Assembly (NCBI GenBank): GCA_034440535.1
Contig: JAWXCD010000004.1
Span: 2,803 to 66,802, forward strand
Origin: Verrucomicrobiota bacterium
GTDB taxonomy: Bacteria > Verrucomicrobiota > Verrucomicrobiia > JAWXBN01 > JAWXCD01
DNA length: 64,000 nt
Reading direction: 5' to 3'
Shown: piece by piece, positions 1-10,377 of the stretch
Position numbering within the stretch: the stretch's first letter is position 1
How the letters are laid out: each line of letters starts with the position of its first letter
Program-made: the position numbers and the translations under genes
Notes under the pieces: generated by a model
What the model saw: only the letters and a program-made list of their open reading frames with translations
What the model was told of the DNA's origin: nothing
Database searches by the model: none

Positions 1-244
1 AAACCCATGGAGAATAGAGATTTGTTGCCTACGATTATCGAGAGATTGCCAATAGGAGCGATGCAGATTGATAAAGAGAGGCGATTTCCCAAAAAGGCGT
101 GCACGGCAGATTTTCAGGTTCTGGTTGAAAAACCACCGAACTTTTAATGTTCGCGGCAAGGGGCTGGGAAAAGGACGCATAGTCATTAGAAAACATTTTT
201 CACATGGACTTGTCAAAATGTTTTATCTGTGATAATTAGAATCA

Positions 245-1270
245 ATGCAGGAACTGGAAGGCCTTAGGCCTTATTTATCAGGAAAAATTAAGGGTCAACA
301 CGAAGCTATTGAGGTCGTGGCATCGGCTATCATTCGAGCGCAAATGGGGCATGTCAAACGGGACCGGCCGAAGGGCGTGTTCCTCTTTCTTGGTCCCACC
401 GGCGTGGGCAAGACCGAAACCGCTCATGCGCTTTGTGATTATTTTAATCAGACACAGGATAACCGTAGTCGTGAGCCTTTTATGTGGCGGTGTGACATGG
501 CAGAGTTTCAAAGGCAGGAATCCATTGACCTTTTGATAGGCGGCAAAGGGGATCATGGTACATTAGGCTCAGCTTTGGAACGACTTGAAGTAGGGAAATC
601 CGGCGTTAAAATATTGTTATTTGATGAAATCGAAAAGGCGCATCCAAGAATCACGACTCTTTTTTTCAGTGCGTTGGATGCTGCACGAATAACATTAGGG
701 GATGGGAGAACGAGGAATTTAGCATCCTATTACATCGTTTTTACGAGTAATCTTGGAAGTCATGAGACCGTAAAAATGGAGCATGTGCCGTTTGCAACGC
801 TGAAACGGCATGTCGAAAGTGTCGCACAAAAGTTTTTCAGTCCTCCTTTGTATGCGCGATTTGGGGAAAAGGTTGTGTATCGAAAGTTAGGATACGAAAC
901 ACAGTTGGAAATTTGCCGGTCTATGCTTGAAAAGGATTTGAAAGAGTTTTTCGGAGTTCGATGGAAACGACAGATAATAGCAGACGCAGCCGTATTTAAT
1001 TATTTGGTCAAAAAAGGGTATTCGAGAATGTTAGGAGCCCGTCCCATGCGGGATGTGATCGAACGCGAAATAGGAAATGCCCTTTCAAAATGGGCACTTA
1101 ATCATTTTAATATTACCGGTGTAGAACCAGCCGGGGCAGGCCACATTCACTTAAAAGTAGATGAAATTGCAGAGTCAGGTGAGTGCCTTTACGTGGAAGA
1201 CAAACTGGGAGATGTCTTTATAGACCAAAAGATAAGATCATTGGTTTCTGTAAATAACGCAAATATATGA
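245..1270 (+). CDS. AAA+ ATPase, ClpB/ClpA D2-domain-like (standalone; in-frame stop immediately upstream at 233-235)
   Basis: Walker A 'FLFLGPTGVGKTE', 'LLFDEIEKAHP', 'VFTSNLGS' match the ClpB D2 module; ORF begins exactly at D2 boundary; no D1/N domain in frame. Confidence 0.6.
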   Translation: MQELEGLRPYLSGKIKGQHEAIEVVASAIIRAQMGHVKRDRPKGVFLFLGPTGVGKTETAHALCDYFNQTQDNRSREPFMWRCDMAEFQRQESIDLLIGGKGDHGTLGSALERLEVGKSGVKILLFDEIEKAHPRITTLFFSALDAARITLGDGRTRNLASYYIVFTSNLGSHETVKMEHVPFATLKRHVESVAQKFFSPPLYARFGEKVVYRKLGYETQLEICRSMLEKDLKEFFGVRWKRQIIADAAVFNYLVKKGYSRMLGARPMRDVIEREIGNALSKWALNHFNITGVEPAGAGHIHLKVDEIAESGECLYVEDKLGDVFIDQKIRSLVSVNNANI

Positions 1271-1319
1271 GGTTACCGAAATTGTAATGTATTAGCTTGC
1301 GTCACCACATTGTAACAAT

Positions 1320-3611
1320 TTGGAACTTTCCCTGTCGCAATGTCTATGTAGTGTGCCGAACCAATATATGCCAGTAGCCCCCCCAGAGCCCCAAACAACT
1401 CAAAAGAGAGATGCGGAACTTCGTAAATTGATTCGTGGAAAGCGGAGATCCGTGAAGTTTATGGATGTGGCCGCGGCTTGGGTCATTCGGCTTGGGGGTT
1501 TAGGAGTTTTGTTATGTTTGTTGGGCATATTTGTGTACATGGGAAAAGAAGCCATCCCATTATTTTTTAAAGCCTCAGCTGAACAAAAGCAGGAGTTAGC
1601 CCAGACACAGGTCTCAAACATTGTTTCCATTGATGAATATGAAAACTGGGTGTACCGATTAAACGCCGCGCAAGTTCAATTGGATTTTAATCCACTTATT
1701 CCCGAAACCGCGCCCATTTCGATCCCACTTGCGCAGCTTGCTGGGAAATCCATTTCTTCAGCGTTTCGCACGCCTTCCAAGGACAAATTGTTTATTGGAA
1801 CGACCGATGGGCATGTGCTCATTGCAAGTATTGATTTTACTGCAGATTTTACAGGGCCCAAGCGCACCGTGACTCCATCCGTTAAAGAAGACAAAATAAT
1901 TCAGGTTTCAACAAATGCTCAACCCGTTGTACGAGTCACTGGGCACGTCCATGAAGATGGAAAAATTGTTTTAGCAGGACTTTTCGCCGACGGTTCAATG
2001 TTTTCAACCATCCTCAGCGAGGAAGCGCCCCAAGAGGTATTGCCGATAACTCCCACGATGATAGGAGAAGTTACAGGTTTTGTTATAGATGATGCAGGAG
2101 AAAAACTTTTTGTAAGCACAAAGAGCGGCGACCTTTACCATTGGTACTTGAATGAGTCGCGCGAGAAACCGTATTCCGTGCAAAAAGTGGGTAATACAGA
2201 ACGCCACATCACGGCACTTAAAGCCATTATTGGGGGCAACTCGTTGATTCTAGGTTACAACACCGGAGAACTTGAACAGTGGTTCGGAGTGATGGAAACT
2301 GAAAGTGGAACGTCCAAACCGTATAGAAAAATAAGGGCATTCGATCCATCACCCGCACAGGTGACTGTGATTCAACCATCGGGGCGTGACCGTGGATTTT
2401 TAGCGGGAGATTTGGAAGGAAACGTAACCGTTTATTTTACGACTTCAGCACGAACGATGTTTACAACAAAACTGGGTGAACCGATCAGCGCTCTTTCTTA
2501 CGCGCCAAAACTAACCTCATTTGTTGTGAATTCCACCACAGGGCGTACTTGGTTTTATGCTTTGGATAACAAGCACCCTGAAGTGTCGCCACAGGTATTA
2601 TTTGGCAAAGTATGGTATGAAGGCTATCGCAAACCCGGTTTTGAATGGCAATCAAGTGGTGGCTCGGATGACTTTGAATCGAAGTTGAGTCTTGTGCCCC
2701 TTATTTTTGGAACCATTAAAGCCGCATTTTACGGCCTTCTTTTTGCTGTACCCATTGCGGTTCTTGCAGCGTTATACACCTCTCAATTCATGGCTCCAAA
2801 ATTAAGGACGTATGTCAAGTCGACCGTCGAAATCATGGCAGCCTTACCCAGCGTGGTCATTGGATTTATTGCGGGCTTATGGCTTGCGCCTGTGCTTGAG
2901 AATCACATGATTTCGTTGCTTTTGATCATGGTCCTCTTGCCATTTAGCATCGTATTGGCTGTGGCCCTTTGGTTTAACGCATCAAGGTCTTTTCAAGAGA
3001 AATGGAAAGGATTTGATCTTATGGTTATTCTAGTTGCTGTAGGAGTAGCCCTTTATACAAGCTTAAGTCTTGGGCCGATTCTTGAGACATTTTTCTTCCC
3101 TGCTGGTGTTAAGCAATGGATCTTTGAAGCGTTTGGGCATCAGTTTGACCAAAAAAATAGCATTATCATTGCATTTGCGCTCGGGTTTACCGTCATTCCG
3201 ATTATTTTCACTATATCTGAAGATGCCATATCCAATGTGCCTCCACACTTTGCTACCGGATCATTAGCACTGGGTGCAAGCCGTTGGCAAACTGCCATGC
3301 GTGTGATATTACCGACAGCCAGTCCTGGGATATTTTCTGCCATTATGGTTGGGTTTGGACGTGCCGTGGGTGAAACGATGATTGTGCTCATGGCCACGGG
3401 AAATACGGCTATTCTGAGTTTAAGTCCCTTTAATGGAATGCGCACCATGTCAGCGAATATCGCAACAGAAATCCCTGAAGCCGCAGCAGGTTCCACGTTG
3501 TACAGAATTCTTTTCCTAACGGCTATTCTCCTCTTTATTTTCACCTTTTTTGCAAACACGGTGGCTGAAGTGATACGCCAGCGGCTACGCGAGAAATACA
3601 AGGTTGTGTAA
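1320..3611 (+). CDS. pstC: phosphate ABC transporter permease PstC (long form with large N-terminal periplasmic extension)
   Basis: C-terminal 'GASRWQTAMRVILPTASPGIFSAIMVGFGRAVGETMIVLMATGN' PstC/PstA signature; multiple TM helices; operon with pstA/pstB/phoU. Confidence 0.85.
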   Translation: MELSLSQCLCSVPNQYMPVAPPEPQTTQKRDAELRKLIRGKRRSVKFMDVAAAWVIRLGGLGVLLCLLGIFVYMGKEAIPLFFKASAEQKQELAQTQVSNIVSIDEYENWVYRLNAAQVQLDFNPLIPETAPISIPLAQLAGKSISSAFRTPSKDKLFIGTTDGHVLIASIDFTADFTGPKRTVTPSVKEDKIIQVSTNAQPVVRVTGHVHEDGKIVLAGLFADGSMFSTILSEEAPQEVLPITPTMIGEVTGFVIDDAGEKLFVSTKSGDLYHWYLNESREKPYSVQKVGNTERHITALKAIIGGNSLILGYNTGELEQWFGVMETESGTSKPYRKIRAFDPSPAQVTVIQPSGRDRGFLAGDLEGNVTVYFTTSARTMFTTKLGEPISALSYAPKLTSFVVNSTTGRTWFYALDNKHPEVSPQVLFGKVWYEGYRKPGFEWQSSGGSDDFESKLSLVPLIFGTIKAAFYGLLFAVPIAVLAALYTSQFMAPKLRTYVKSTVEIMAALPSVVIGFIAGLWLAPVLENHMISLLLIMVLLPFSIVLAVALWFNASRSFQEKWKGFDLMVILVAVGVALYTSLSLGPILETFFFPAGVKQWIFEAFGHQFDQKNSIIIAFALGFTVIPIIFTISEDAISNVPPHFATGSLALGASRWQTAMRVILPTASPGIFSAIMVGFGRAVGETMIVLMATGNTAILSLSPFNGMRTMSANIATEIPEAAAGSTLYRILFLTAILLFIFTFFANTVAEVIRQRLREKYKVV

Positions 3612-3613
3612 TC

Positions 3614-5233
3614 ATGAACAGTATAGAGAAACTCAAAAAAATGTTCACCCGTGGCGAAGCCTTTGTATGGCTGACAGGGTCGGCCATGGGCTTATGTCTT
3701 GTCCTGGTATTTGGGCTAATTTTTGTCATCGTTATTAATGGGATGGGAATGTTTTGGCCGCACCAGGTGACTGAGTTTAAACTTAAAGAAGGCCCCGTTT
3801 ATGTGGGTATACATACACGATCTGAAGTCGTGAAAGATGAACAAGGCGGGAAGTTAGAGCGGTACCAGGTTAAAGTGGGCAATCGCGAGTCTGGGGCTGA
3901 TTTTATGTGGATGGACGTGCCTAAAGTGGAAGCTAAGGCCATACCTAAGGATGTTATTGTCTTAGAGCGATTTGAGTACGGTGATTTTATTGGATACGTC
4001 TCCGGGTTCCAACAGGATGGGGTGTTGGTCCCAGGTGCTGACGCGAAGGCTTTATTGGCGGAGAAACTCCCTCAAGCTCAAGAGGCCTTTAAAAAGGTGA
4101 GTCATATTCAGCGGGGCGAAATGGAAAATATCGCCACGAAGGTTAATAAGTTAAAGTTGCGAAAAGACAAATTAGCTAAAGCCACAAGTGATAAGTCACA
4201 GGAAATAGCAAAATTAGATGCACAATTGGCAGTACTTCTGGCAGAAAATAATAAACACAGCGCGCGTATATTAGATTTGAATAAAGACCCAGCTCGGTAT
4301 GGGTTGGTCGTTAAATCGGCAGATGGAGTTGAACGAGTAGTGCCCATGCCGAATATCGTGAGGTATTATTATCCAAACGACATGTCATTCTTTCAAAAAA
4401 CAGGCCATTACGGAGCGAAAGTGTGGGAATTTTTGTTTGCAGAACCTCGGGAATCGAATACCGAAGGCGGGGTTTATCCTGCCATATTTGGAACGGTTTT
4501 GATGACCCTCCTCATGAGTGTTGCCGTCACACCATTTGGAGTGCTTACAGCGTTCTACCTTGGTGAATATGCCAAAGACGGGATTTTCCTTAAACTCGTT
4601 CGAATTGCGGTTAACAATTTGGCTGGGGTTCCCTCAATTGTCTTTGGGGTCTTTGGCCTAGGCTTCTTGGTATACGGGGTGGGCGGTGGAATTGATAGAT
4701 TGTTTTATTCTGATATATTGCCCACACCCACTTTTGGAACAGGCGGACTCATTTGGGCATCATTAACGTTGGCGCTACTCACGTTGCCAGTTGTGATTGT
4801 GGCGACAGAAGAATCAATCGCAGCCGTTCCGCGCGGGGTTAAAGAGGGTTCTTTGGCGATGGGTGCCTCAAAATTTCAGACGATTCTCAAAGTGGTCTTG
4901 CCAGCTTCGGTCCCTGGGATAATGACGGGAGTTATCTTGGCCATTGCCCGTGGAGCGGGAGAAGTAGCGCCACTCATGATTACCGGAGTAGCCAAAATGG
5001 CTACTGAGCTTCCGTTGGATGGGAACGCTCCTTATTTTCATCCCGAACGAAAAATCATGCACCTTGGATTTCATATTTATGATGTCGGATTTCAATCGCC
5101 AAATATCGAAGCCTCAAAACCCATGGTGTTTACAACGGCTTTGCTATTGTTGGTTATTGTATTGGCCCTTAATATAGTGGCCATTGTCATTCGGGATCAT
5201 GTTAAAAAGAAATATAGGACAGGAGCCTTTTGA
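3614..5233 (+). CDS. pstA: phosphate ABC transporter permease PstA (long form with ~250-aa periplasmic insert)
   Basis: 'GASKFQTILKVVLPASVPGIMTGVILAIARGAGEVAPLMITG' EAA-loop; starts 3 nt after pstC stop. Confidence 0.85.
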   Translation: MNSIEKLKKMFTRGEAFVWLTGSAMGLCLVLVFGLIFVIVINGMGMFWPHQVTEFKLKEGPVYVGIHTRSEVVKDEQGGKLERYQVKVGNRESGADFMWMDVPKVEAKAIPKDVIVLERFEYGDFIGYVSGFQQDGVLVPGADAKALLAEKLPQAQEAFKKVSHIQRGEMENIATKVNKLKLRKDKLAKATSDKSQEIAKLDAQLAVLLAENNKHSARILDLNKDPARYGLVVKSADGVERVVPMPNIVRYYYPNDMSFFQKTGHYGAKVWEFLFAEPRESNTEGGVYPAIFGTVLMTLLMSVAVTPFGVLTAFYLGEYAKDGIFLKLVRIAVNNLAGVPSIVFGVFGLGFLVYGVGGGIDRLFYSDILPTPTFGTGGLIWASLTLALLTLPVVIVATEESIAAVPRGVKEGSLAMGASKFQTILKVVLPASVPGIMTGVILAIARGAGEVAPLMITGVAKMATELPLDGNAPYFHPERKIMHLGFHIYDVGFQSPNIEASKPMVFTTALLLLVIVLALNIVAIVIRDHVKKKYRTGAF

Positions 5234-5260
5234 TCCTTTACGATTTAACCTGGAGTCCCT

Positions 5261-6142
5261 ATGTCAAATGAGAGCCTGATAGCAAAAACAAAGAATGTTA
5301 TGCCGGAAGAAACTAAAAAGCGCGTTGAGTCTGAAGTGCAAATGAAATCTCTAAAGACCTCCATTGCGGAGACACCTGAGGGAACATATGCGACTTGCAT
5401 CGACATTAAAAAACTCAATTTATACTACGGGACAAAACAAGCCCTATATGACATCAGCCTGACCATTCCTAGGCACCAAGTCACGGCGTTCATTGGGCCG
5501 TCAGGCTGTGGAAAAAGCACGCTGTTGCGTTGTTTGAATCGGATGAACGATCTGGTTGACAATGTGCGTATTGACGGGGAGGTGTTAATTGACAGTAAGA
5601 ACATTTATAACCCTGAACTAGACGTCATTAATCTTCGGAAAAACATCGGAATGGTATTCCAGAAATCAAACCCATTTCCGAAAAGTATATACGAAAATGT
5701 GGCTTACGGCTTGCGTATCGCCGGGATTACGAATAAAAAAATTCTGGATGAAGTCGTGGAATCAAGTCTCAAAGGAGCTGCACTTTGGGAAGAGGCTAAG
5801 GACCGCTTGAATGACAGTGCATTGGGGTTATCGGGCGGCCAACAACAAAGACTTTGTATTGCACGCGCCATTGCCATTAAACCAGAAGTTATTTTGATGG
5901 ACGAACCCGCTTCGGCGCTTGATCCGATTGCGACAGGAAAGATTGAAGAACTGATTCTTCAACTCAAGGACCGGTATACGATCGTCATTGTTACGCATAA
6001 CATGCAGCAGGCGGCCCGTATATCTGACCTCACGGCATTCTTTTATCTGGGTAAATTGATTGAGTATGATAAAACTCGAACGATCTTTATGAACCCAACG
6101 ATAAAACAGACAGAAGATTATGTGACCGGACGGTTCGGTTAA
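5261..6142 (+). CDS. pstB: phosphate import ATP-binding protein PstB
   Basis: Walker A 'GPSGCGKST', signature '[16 protein letters not shown]', Walker B '[11 protein letters not shown]'; characteristic PstB N-terminal extension. Confidence 0.95.
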   Translation: MSNESLIAKTKNVMPEETKKRVESEVQMKSLKTSIAETPEGTYATCIDIKKLNLYYGTKQALYDISLTIPRHQVTAFIGPSGCGKSTLLRCLNRMNDLVDNVRIDGEVLIDSKNIYNPELDVINLRKNIGMVFQKSNPFPKSIYENVAYGLRIAGITNKKILDEVVESSLKGAALWEEAKDRLNDSALGLSGGQQQRLCIARAIAIKPEVILMDEPASALDPIATGKIEELILQLKDRYTIVIVTHNMQQAARISDLTAFFYLGKLIEYDKTRTIFMNPTIKQTEDYVTGRFG

Positions 6143-6162
6143 ACGCAGTAAATTAACATAGT

Positions 6163-6837
6163 ATGGAACGCACATTCGAAAATGATTTGTCGCAAATTAA
6201 AGAGGCCATTTTGACCATGGCCAGTCTCGTTGAAAAAAACTTTAAGGTTGCCATTCGCGCCTTAGTGGAACGCGACGAAAGCCTCATTGATGAAGTGATG
6301 CGCGGTGAGGAAGAGATTGACCAGTATGATGTCAAAATCAACGATATGGCTATCTTGTACATTGCGCGACAAGCCCCAGTGGCCAGTGATCTTCGGTTTA
6401 TCACAACGGTAATGAAAGTTTCATCGGACTTAGAACGAGTGGGCGATCAAGCTGTTAATATTTGCAAACGCACACGGGAGCTGAATAAAGAACCGTTACT
6501 TAAACCCCTGATTGATATTCCACGACTTGCCCATATGTCGCTTGAAATGCTGCGCGACGCGATGGACGCCTTTGTAAATAACAAGATGTACTTGGTGTCA
6601 GAAATTACGACGCGGGACAAAGATGTGAACGAGTTGAAGAACCAATTATATCGTGAACTGACATCGTACATGATTGAAAACCCAAAGACGATCACTCGCG
6701 CATTAAATTTGATGTCGACATCCCGTCATCTTGAACGTGTTGCGGATCACGCCAAGAATATCGCTAAAAAAGTATACTTCATGTACGAAGGCAAAGATAT
6801 CTCACATCAAGATCCCCCCGTCGTTTCTAAATATTAA
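6163..6837 (+). CDS. phoU: phosphate transport system regulator PhoU
   Basis: two PhoU repeats with 'DLERVGDQAVNI' / 'HLERVADHAKNIA' motifs; position after pstB. Confidence 0.9.
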   Translation: MERTFENDLSQIKEAILTMASLVEKNFKVAIRALVERDESLIDEVMRGEEEIDQYDVKINDMAILYIARQAPVASDLRFITTVMKVSSDLERVGDQAVNICKRTRELNKEPLLKPLIDIPRLAHMSLEMLRDAMDAFVNNKMYLVSEITTRDKDVNELKNQLYRELTSYMIENPKTITRALNLMSTSRHLERVADHAKNIAKKVYFMYEGKDISHQDPPVVSKY

Positions 6838-6910
6838 CCCAAATAAATCGGGAAAAAGTAAACGATAAGGACAGAGAAAAGGCATTTTTTAGGTGCCATT
6901 TTTTCCGTAA

Positions 6911-6936
6911 GAGGAAGAACACTTTTCCTCATTTTT
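6911..6936 (+). terminator. possible rho-independent terminator after phoU
   Basis: GAGGAA-loop-TTCCTC hairpin followed by ATTTTT. Confidence 0.35.
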
Positions 6937-7042
6937 AAATGTTCCCCCTCCATTTTTAACAAAATTTAGGGGGAAAGGGTAAGTCGTGCCGAGGAATTAT
7001 CTTTTTTTCCTTACCGTCGTGTGGTTTGATCACGGTTCTTAA

Positions 7043-7504
7043 ATGGAGAAAACCATGACATTCCTTATAATTGGTGACGAAACACAGAACCTCCCCGCGC
7101 TTAAAGAACGCACCCGGGACGCGAGTATCAAATTGGAAGTGAACATAGATTTACCAACTGATTACATCGCCATTCTTGCTGTTTCGGTTGCGGAAGGTCT
7201 TTCTTCGGGCACATTCAAAGCTCTCGAAAAGTACTCCGATAAAATTCTATATCTTTCTGCGATCCTACTGACTGATATTGACGACAAGACCTCTCAAGAG
7301 ACGATCACGGAAGCCACGGATGAGCTTAAAAGTATGCTTCCTAACTTGATAAGCCAACAAGCGAATGACCTGCCCATATTTAAGATTAACAGCCAGGACT
7401 TATTTTCTCAGTTAGATGCTTTGGCGAAAGAAACATCGCGATCGGTTGCCGCTTTTACACCCGCCAAAGTCACAAAAAACAAAAAAAGTTGGTGGAAGCT
7501 GTAA
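7043..7504 (+). CDS. hypothetical protein (153 aa)
   Basis: ORF with acidic composition, no recognisable motif; downstream of pst operon. Confidence 0.4.
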   Translation: MEKTMTFLIIGDETQNLPALKERTRDASIKLEVNIDLPTDYIAILAVSVAEGLSSGTFKALEKYSDKILYLSAILLTDIDDKTSQETITEATDELKSMLPNLISQQANDLPIFKINSQDLFSQLDALAKETSRSVAAFTPAKVTKNKKSWWKL

Positions 7505-7580
7505 TAAATTAATGAAATCCGGCCCGTTAAGGCATCAGGCACCCTCTGCCGGCGGATATGAAAATGAGAGGGCATCCTGG

Positions 7581-9602
7581 ATGGCTGAGTTTATTCGACG
7601 AGTGGTCCTTTTTGGCGTGATCAGCTTTGCGACTTCCGTGGCTAGTGCCCTGCCTGGTGCAAACCCACCTCAAGCTCCCGCATTTCGGGAATGGAAATAC
7701 GTTTCATCGTTTGAGCTCACTCAAAAGGGACCGGTAGTTGTCGTGGTCCCGCCAGAGGTCGTGGGTGTTTCTTTGCCGGACTTAAGCGATTTGAGAGTGG
7801 TCGCCCCGGATGGAATCCCAGTGCCTCTCCGCCTCATTGTGCAGGGAAAGGACGCCCGATTTTTTGCAGTCTCAAATCTAAAATGGGCCAGCGATGGTCG
7901 ATCGTGCACTTTCTCGGCACCCAGTCGTTCGATCCGCCCAGACCTCCTCATCTTCGTGCCTGTACATCCAAATTTAAAAGTTGAAGTACGGATTCAAGGA
8001 TCTTCAAATAATAAATCATGGACGGAACTTTCTCGAAGTGAAATTGATTTTACGGGAGCAGGGGGCAATTCGGTAGTCTTAGCCGGAGAACAAATCAGAA
8101 ATTTTCGAGCGATCTTCAATGTGCCGTTCCGGGAAGCGATTAAATCAATTCTCATTCGTGCATCGCCCCACATTTCCGAACTCCCTTCAAAAAAAACACC
8201 CGTGAATTTGAATCGCACGTTTATGTCCGGTCCCGACACCGTCGCAGAAATTAGTTGGAACGCGAAAAATCAGTACGTTAAAGCTGTGCACATAGGTGTA
8301 CCGGAGAACGAACTGGTGGACGTGGTGAGTTTCCTTGTTCCCACTTTAATTCGATCGCGCGCTAGACCGTCTATCATCGCCACGGGATCAGGTACGCGTA
8401 ATGGGCAGGGTCTTGTCGAATTGCCGGTGGAAAGCCGAATAAGTGCGAAACGCGCCTATTTAAAATTTACGTCGCGCACGCAGAATCTAGTTTTGCCAGA
8501 GAATATTTTTATTGAAACAGTGGACGGCGGATTTTCATTTTTGGCTCAACACACAGGGGTTTACCGTGTGTTTGCAGGAAATACTGCAGTAATAGACGAC
8601 CCTCAAGAAGTGGCCAAGGTCCCAAGAATCGAAGAAGAAAACCGGGTACGTCCGCTCACTCTGGATTGGGCGAACCTTGATGATAACCCGGACTACGTCC
8701 TCCAAGATTTGACAGTCGCTGACAAAAAGACGCCGCCCACGGATATGGACGAATATCGTTGGCGATTTAGGCAAAAGTTGACGGTTAAGGAGAGAGGAGT
8801 TCAGGAACTTCGCATCATTCAAGAAGTGGCCCAGAAAGCACAGCGCACGCTCCAGGACATACGCATTGTTGTGATGGATGATTTTTCACTTATCCCTCAA
8901 CCCTGCATTATTGAAAAAACTCTCGAACTTTCTTCGTGGCCACTGACAGCGACATCCACCCATACGACTCAGGAAGAAACGATACTTCAGCTTGTTGGTT
9001 CGCCTCAGACAAATGCGAGAATAAGCGATGGTCGAAATACGTATTTAAGTTTTACAGCCTCGACTACCGGGTTGTACACCGCAGGCATACGCGAAACTTT
9101 AAAGGACGGGACCATTGCCGAAAAAGGAAGTACCAGAGTCAGCGTTGCTAAGGAGGGAGCCCGAGTTTACGTTCCCGTACATACGGACATTAAGGATTTG
9201 TCGCGAACAACCCTTGTCGTGTCGCATCCCACGGGGGCATCGCCCTCATTCGAGTCAGTGCAAATGGATGAACCGCTGGTGCGGATCCTTTTTCCTTATC
9301 ATGCTGGGAAAATGTACATGTTAATTGGTAATGACATCGCATCTCCCGGGCCGACGGTAGATACAGAAACCGCTGAGCTTTGGCTTCAAAGCCAAGTCAC
9401 AGCCGTTGATGCATCCCCACTGGAAACGAACTATGTAAGTTGGGGAAGGGAAATCAGGAAAGCATTTTATAGTTGGTTTTGGGGTGTCTTGCTAGGAATT
9501 TTGATTGCTGCGGTGTTATATGTATTTTTTAAGCGCCGCGCTATATCGCAGAACCGCGCTAAGACACGTAGGGAAACTATAAAACGGAGATGGAGGAGAT
9601 GA
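7581..9602 (+). CDS. hypothetical secreted protein with N-terminal signal peptide and C-terminal TM anchor plus Arg-rich tail
   Basis: start chosen at 'MAEFIRRVVLFGVISFATSVASA' signal-like segment inside the longer ORF 7416..9602; C-terminal 'WFWGVLLGILIAAVLYVFF' TM followed by 'KRRAISQNRAKTRRETIKRRWRR'. Confidence 0.5.
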   Translation: MAEFIRRVVLFGVISFATSVASALPGANPPQAPAFREWKYVSSFELTQKGPVVVVVPPEVVGVSLPDLSDLRVVAPDGIPVPLRLIVQGKDARFFAVSNLKWASDGRSCTFSAPSRSIRPDLLIFVPVHPNLKVEVRIQGSSNNKSWTELSRSEIDFTGAGGNSVVLAGEQIRNFRAIFNVPFREAIKSILIRASPHISELPSKKTPVNLNRTFMSGPDTVAEISWNAKNQYVKAVHIGVPENELVDVVSFLVPTLIRSRARPSIIATGSGTRNGQGLVELPVESRISAKRAYLKFTSRTQNLVLPENIFIETVDGGFSFLAQHTGVYRVFAGNTAVIDDPQEVAKVPRIEEENRVRPLTLDWANLDDNPDYVLQDLTVADKKTPPTDMDEYRWRFRQKLTVKERGVQELRIIQEVAQKAQRTLQDIRIVVMDDFSLIPQPCIIEKTLELSSWPLTATSTHTTQEETILQLVGSPQTNARISDGRNTYLSFTASTTGLYTAGIRETLKDGTIAEKGSTRVSVAKEGARVYVPVHTDIKDLSRTTLVVSHPTGASPSFESVQMDEPLVRILFPYHAGKMYMLIGNDIASPGPTVDTETAELWLQSQVTAVDASPLETNYVSWGREIRKAFYSWFWGVLLGILIAAVLYVFFKRRAISQNRAKTRRETIKRRWRR

Positions 9603-9619
9603 AGTGCCAAACCAGATGG

Positions 9620-10258
9620 TTAAGGCGTAAATGGTTTGCCTAAAATAATCTCTGGGAGAAGGAACTTTGGATACTTTTCCTTCACGCGGTTGTAAGTCCA
9701 CAAAGTGGCGAAAATTAAGGGGAGCACATAAAGGAACGGAAGCAGAATGCCTACAATCACATCTGTGGGATAATGCGAACCCGTATAAATCCGCGCAAAT
9801 GCCATCATTACAGGTAAAATAAAGACCAGAGTTATTGCCTTTTTTGACCTGTAAAAAAAGAATAAGCACAAAGCTACGATCATATTGTTCGTCACGTGGC
9901 TGGAGGGCATGGACCTTCCTCGGGACTGGCCTTTTATTTCAGGGGAGGACACTTTGATTTTGGAATAGCCCTCAATTTCCCGGACCTTTGTGCCCGGCAA
10001 AGCTTCGTGTGGGCGAGGCCGGTGTATGGCTCGCTTTAAGTTGACATTGACTAAACCGTCCCCGATTGCAATGCCTAGCAGGATGGTGAGCACACACAAC
10101 CGACCGCGGGCGTTGCCGAACAGAGCGACAGCTCCCACTGCAAGAGCCAACGGAATTTTAAAAAGTTTAAAACTTACGAGGATCGTAAAAAAAATGTCCA
10201 AGAATGGGTGCGACCATCCATGATTAATTAATTTAAATAACTCGATATCCCACTGCAT
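9620..10258 (-). CDS. PAP2-family phosphatase (phosphatidic acid phosphatase type 2 / undecaprenyl-PP phosphatase-like)
   Basis: PAP2 motifs 'KRAIHRPRP', 'PSSH', 'SGSHYPTDV'; several TM helices. Confidence 0.75.
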   Translation of the reverse strand: MQWDIELFKLINHGWSHPFLDIFFTILVSFKLFKIPLALAVGAVALFGNARGRLCVLTILLGIAIGDGLVNVNLKRAIHRPRPHEALPGTKVREIEGYSKIKVSSPEIKGQSRGRSMPSSHVTNNMIVALCLFFFYRSKKAITLVFILPVMMAFARIYTGSHYPTDVIVGILLPFLYVLPLIFATLWTYNRVKEKYPKFLLPEIILGKPFTP

Positions 10259-10377
10259 TTACATGCCAAGGCCTAGGCTAATCACCAGAAAACGCAAGGC
10301 ATAGGAATTGAACGACCAACGACGAGCTGTGGTTTACCTGAGATTGATCTCCTGGGCGCAACAGTTAAACTTTTGAA

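Noticed and set aside
3140-3601. 153-aa minus-strand ORF inside pstC
   Set aside because: Antisense to a well-supported permease gene, with no independent evidence.
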